The position numbers were made by a program, and so were the translations under genes. DNA of 64,000 nucleotides from contig JBAXSU010000001.1 of the NCBI GenBank assembly GCA_037130535.1, positions 14,897-78,896 of the forward strand. The letters are read 5' to 3'. This document shows positions 62,174 through 64,000 of the stretch, one piece after another. Within the stretch, counting starts at the first letter, position 1. Every line of letters starts with the position of its first letter. The DNA comes from Actinomycetota bacterium (GTDB taxonomy: Bacteria; Actinomycetota; Acidimicrobiia; Acidimicrobiales; Ilumatobacteraceae). Under the pieces are notes generated by a model. It ran no database searches. It was given only the letters and a program-made list of their open reading frames with translations, and had not been told where the DNA came from.

Positions 62174-63378
62174 ACGAGTTCGTCGAAACGCTGCTCGAAC
62201 TGACCTGGCATGAGCCGAAGTCGTCGTACGACGTCGTCATCGTCGGTGGTGGCGGCCACGGCCTGTCGACCGCGTATCACCTTGCCGAGCGCCATGGCAT
62301 CACCAACGTGCTCGTCATCGAGGCCAACTACATCGGCAGTGGCAACTCGGGGCGCAACACCACGATCATCCGCTCGAACTACGGGCTGTCGGAGTCGATC
62401 GCGTTCTACGACCACAGCGTGCGGCTGTACCAGCAACTCGAAGCCGAGACCGGCTGCTGGATCATGCACGACACCAAGGGGCTGATGTGGCTGGCACACA
62501 GCGAAGCCACCCTCCGCACGCAGCGCGCCCGTGCCCTGCTGAACCAGGCCTTCGGGGTGGAGACGCACTTCATCGAACCCTCCGAGGTGAAGCGGCTCTG
62601 CCCGCAGATCGACCTCGCCGGGGGTGGCCGCTACCCGGTGCTGGGTGCCAGCTACCACCTGCCCGGCGCCTCGGCCCGCCACGACCGCGTCGTGTGGGCC
62701 TACGCCCAGGGCGCGATGCGCCGCGGCGTGCACGTGGTGCAGAACACGCCTGTCATCGGCCTGCTGCGCGACGGCGGCCGCGTCACCGGTGTGCGCACCC
62801 CCACCGGCGACATCCACGCCGGTGCCGTGGTCAGTGCCGTCGGCGGCAACGTGTCGGTGCTGGCCGCCCACGCCGATCTGCGCCTGCCCATCCGCACCCA
62901 CCCGCTGCAGGCGTTCGTCACCAACAGCTACGCCCGCACGTTCCCGAACATCATCTCCGACACCGAGATGAACTCGTACATCTCGCAGACCGCCCGTGGG
63001 CAGATGCTCATCGGCCACGAGTACGAGCCGCAGGCCAGCTACAGCCTGCAGTCGTCGTTCCAGTTCCTGCAGCAGTGCTCGCGCAAGATGGCCATGGTGC
63101 TGCCGTTCACCCGCGACCTGCGCATCCTGCGCCAGTGGACTGGGCGTTGCGACGTCTCGGCCGACTTCTCGCCCATCATCGGCCACACCGGTGTCGACGG
63201 CTTCTACATCACCACCGGCTGGGGCACCTGGGGCTTCAAGGCCATCCCCGCCGGCGGCGAGCAGCTGGCTCAACTCATCGCCACCGGCCGCGTGCCCGAA
63301 CTCATCGCCCCGTTCGCCCTCGACCGCTTCGCCAAGGACCAGCCGATGGCCGACCTCGGCTCGACCGGCACCAAGTAG
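62170..63378 (+). CDS. soxB: Sarcosine-oxidase beta-like FAD subunit
   Basis: 402 aa. ...YDVVIVGGGGHGLSTAYHLA...SGNSGRNTTIIRSNY... Confidence 0.85.
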   Translation: MNEFVETLLELTWHEPKSSYDVVIVGGGGHGLSTAYHLAERHGITNVLVIEANYIGSGNSGRNTTIIRSNYGLSESIAFYDHSVRLYQQLEAETGCWIMHDTKGLMWLAHSEATLRTQRARALLNQAFGVETHFIEPSEVKRLCPQIDLAGGGRYPVLGASYHLPGASARHDRVVWAYAQGAMRRGVHVVQNTPVIGLLRDGGRVTGVRTPTGDIHAGAVVSAVGGNVSVLAAHADLRLPIRTHPLQAFVTNSYARTFPNIISDTEMNSYISQTARGQMLIGHEYEPQASYSLQSSFQFLQQCSRKMAMVLPFTRDLRILRQWTGRCDVSADFSPIIGHTGVDGFYITTGWGTWGFKAIPAGGEQLAQLIATGRVPELIAPFALDRFAKDQPMADLGSTGTK

Positions 63379-63386
63379 GAGCCACG

Positions 63387-63623
63387 ATGCTGACGATCCC
63401 CTGCCCTCACTGCGGCCCGCGGCCGGTGGAAGAGTTCCGCTTCGGAGGCGAAGACCCCGAGGCACCCGCGTCGATCACCGACCCCGACGAACGCGATCTG
63501 CACCGGGTGTGGTTCTACACCAATGGGTCGGGTGTGCAGACCGAGCGGTGGTTCCACTCGGGTGGCTGCCACCGGTGGTGCACCGTGCAGCGCGACACCA
63601 GCGTCGATCGCATGGTTGACTGA
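63387..63623 (+). CDS. soxD: Sarcosine-oxidase delta-like Zn-ribbon subunit
   Basis: ATG at 63387 after aggag. The 78-aa product is MLTIPCPHCGPRPVEEFRFGGE...WFHSGGCHRWCTV. Confidence 0.85.
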   Translation: MLTIPCPHCGPRPVEEFRFGGEDPEAPASITDPDERDLHRVWFYTNGSGVQTERWFHSGGCHRWCTVQRDTSVDRMVD

Positions 63624-63648
63624 CGCGTCGACTGACGAGTCGACCGAA

Positions 63649-63671
63649 GACACCGGCTGTCGGCCGGTGTC
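63649..63671. terminator. Hairpin gacaccggc-tgtcg-gccggtgtc between convergent soxD and the next ABC ATPase gene
   Basis: Perfect 9-bp stem whose right arm overlaps the stop codon of the minus-strand gene. Confidence 0.5.
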
Positions 63672-64000
63672 AGGCGTCGACCGAAGGCTTGCGCTGCAGT
63701 TCGACGAGCGTCTCGATGGGGATGTGGCAACGCATTGCGTGCCCCGGCGACACCTCGCGCAGCGGCGGTTCGCTCACCTCGCACACACCGGGCATCACCC
63801 GCGGGCAGCGCGGATGGAACACGCAGCCCGACGGCGGGTTGGCCGGGCTGGGGATCTCGCCGCCGAGGCGGATGCGTTCCTTCACACCACCATCCACGTC
63901 GGGGATGGCCGACAGCAGTGCCTCGGTGTAGGGATGGTTGGGCCCCTTGAACACCTCGTCGGTCGAGCCGATCTCCTGGATACGCCCGAGGTACATCACC
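63670..64000 (-). CDS. 3' part of a second oligopeptide/opine-type ABC ATPase gene (continues beyond the window)
   Basis: ...[31 protein letters not shown]...[11 protein letters not shown]... is paralogous to the C-terminus of the 57475..59517 ATPase. Confidence 0.85.
   Translation of the reverse strand, partial: VMYLGRIQEIGSTDEVFKGPNHPYTEALLSAIPDVDGGVKERIRLGGEIPSPANPPSGCVFHPRCPRVMPGVCEVSEPPLREVSPGHAMRCHIPIETLVELQRKPSVDA

Noticed and set aside
1-64000. tRNA, rRNA, riboswitch, transposase/integrase or toxin-antitoxin genes
   Set aside because: The longest non-coding gaps (about 90-160 nt, at 24.3, 29.9, 31.6, 35.2, 39.1 and 53.7 kb) show no cloverleaf or T-loop (GTTCGAATC-like) signatures and no recognisable riboswitch cores. 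No ORF shows DDE, tyrosine-recombinase or serine-recombinase motifs.

Overview
This is a very GC-rich, gene-dense segment of actinobacterial type. Most genes are separated by 0-70 nt, and many pairs share 4-nt ATGA/GTGA stop/start overlaps. I recognised no rRNA, tRNA, CRISPR array, transposase or integrase. Because of the GC bias, nearly every real gene has long Arg/Pro/Gly-rich shadow ORFs on the other five frames, and I ignored these.

**Layout**
- **0.2-21 kb:** the conserved Pup-proteasome neighbourhood (trmI, ferredoxin, arc/mpa, dop, pup, prcB, prcA, pafA, a TatA/B-family gene (TatB-like), tatC, helY). It has three atypical additions. A ThiS/SAMP-like ubiquitin-fold gene plus a TtuA/NcsA-type tRNA thiolase are fused onto trmI. 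The 5-oxoprolinase genes pxpABC sit between prcA and pafA. DUF3866-lepB follows pafA where pafBC would be expected.
- **21-37 kb:** a mixed set of genes. These are an M20 peptidase, a 531-aa internally duplicated ThyX-like protein, DUF4193, GNAT, a 586-aa tandem-repeat protein, gamma-carbonic anhydrase, prmA, ribokinase, an APH-like kinase and WhiB. The set also includes a clavaminate-synthase-like Fe/2OG amino-acid hydroxylase plus threonine aldolase with a divergent RpiR regulator, a small Zn-ribbon ORF whose start codon sits in an 18-bp perfect palindrome, and a Vps62-like/polytopic membrane protein.
- **37-64 kb:** a catabolic island for N-methylated or quaternary amines. It holds two non-Pyl MttB-family methyltransferases, a dimethylglycine-dehydrogenase-like enzyme, two Rieske oxygenases, a second Fe/2OG oxygenase and twin enolase-superfamily genes with TetR. 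It also holds a PLP/amidohydrolase cassette, a family-5 ABC importer, and an atypical heterotetrameric sarcosine-oxidase-like operon in the order A-G-B-D.

**Most interesting leads**
- The second ubiquitin-like/tRNA-thiolation module next to the proteasome.
- pxpABC inside the pupylation operon.
- The hydroxylase plus retro-aldolase pair, which has the same logic as the first two steps of carnitine biosynthesis.
- The orphan MttB paralogues with no corrinoid partner.

All functional calls rest on motif and family recognition by eye. No database search was run.
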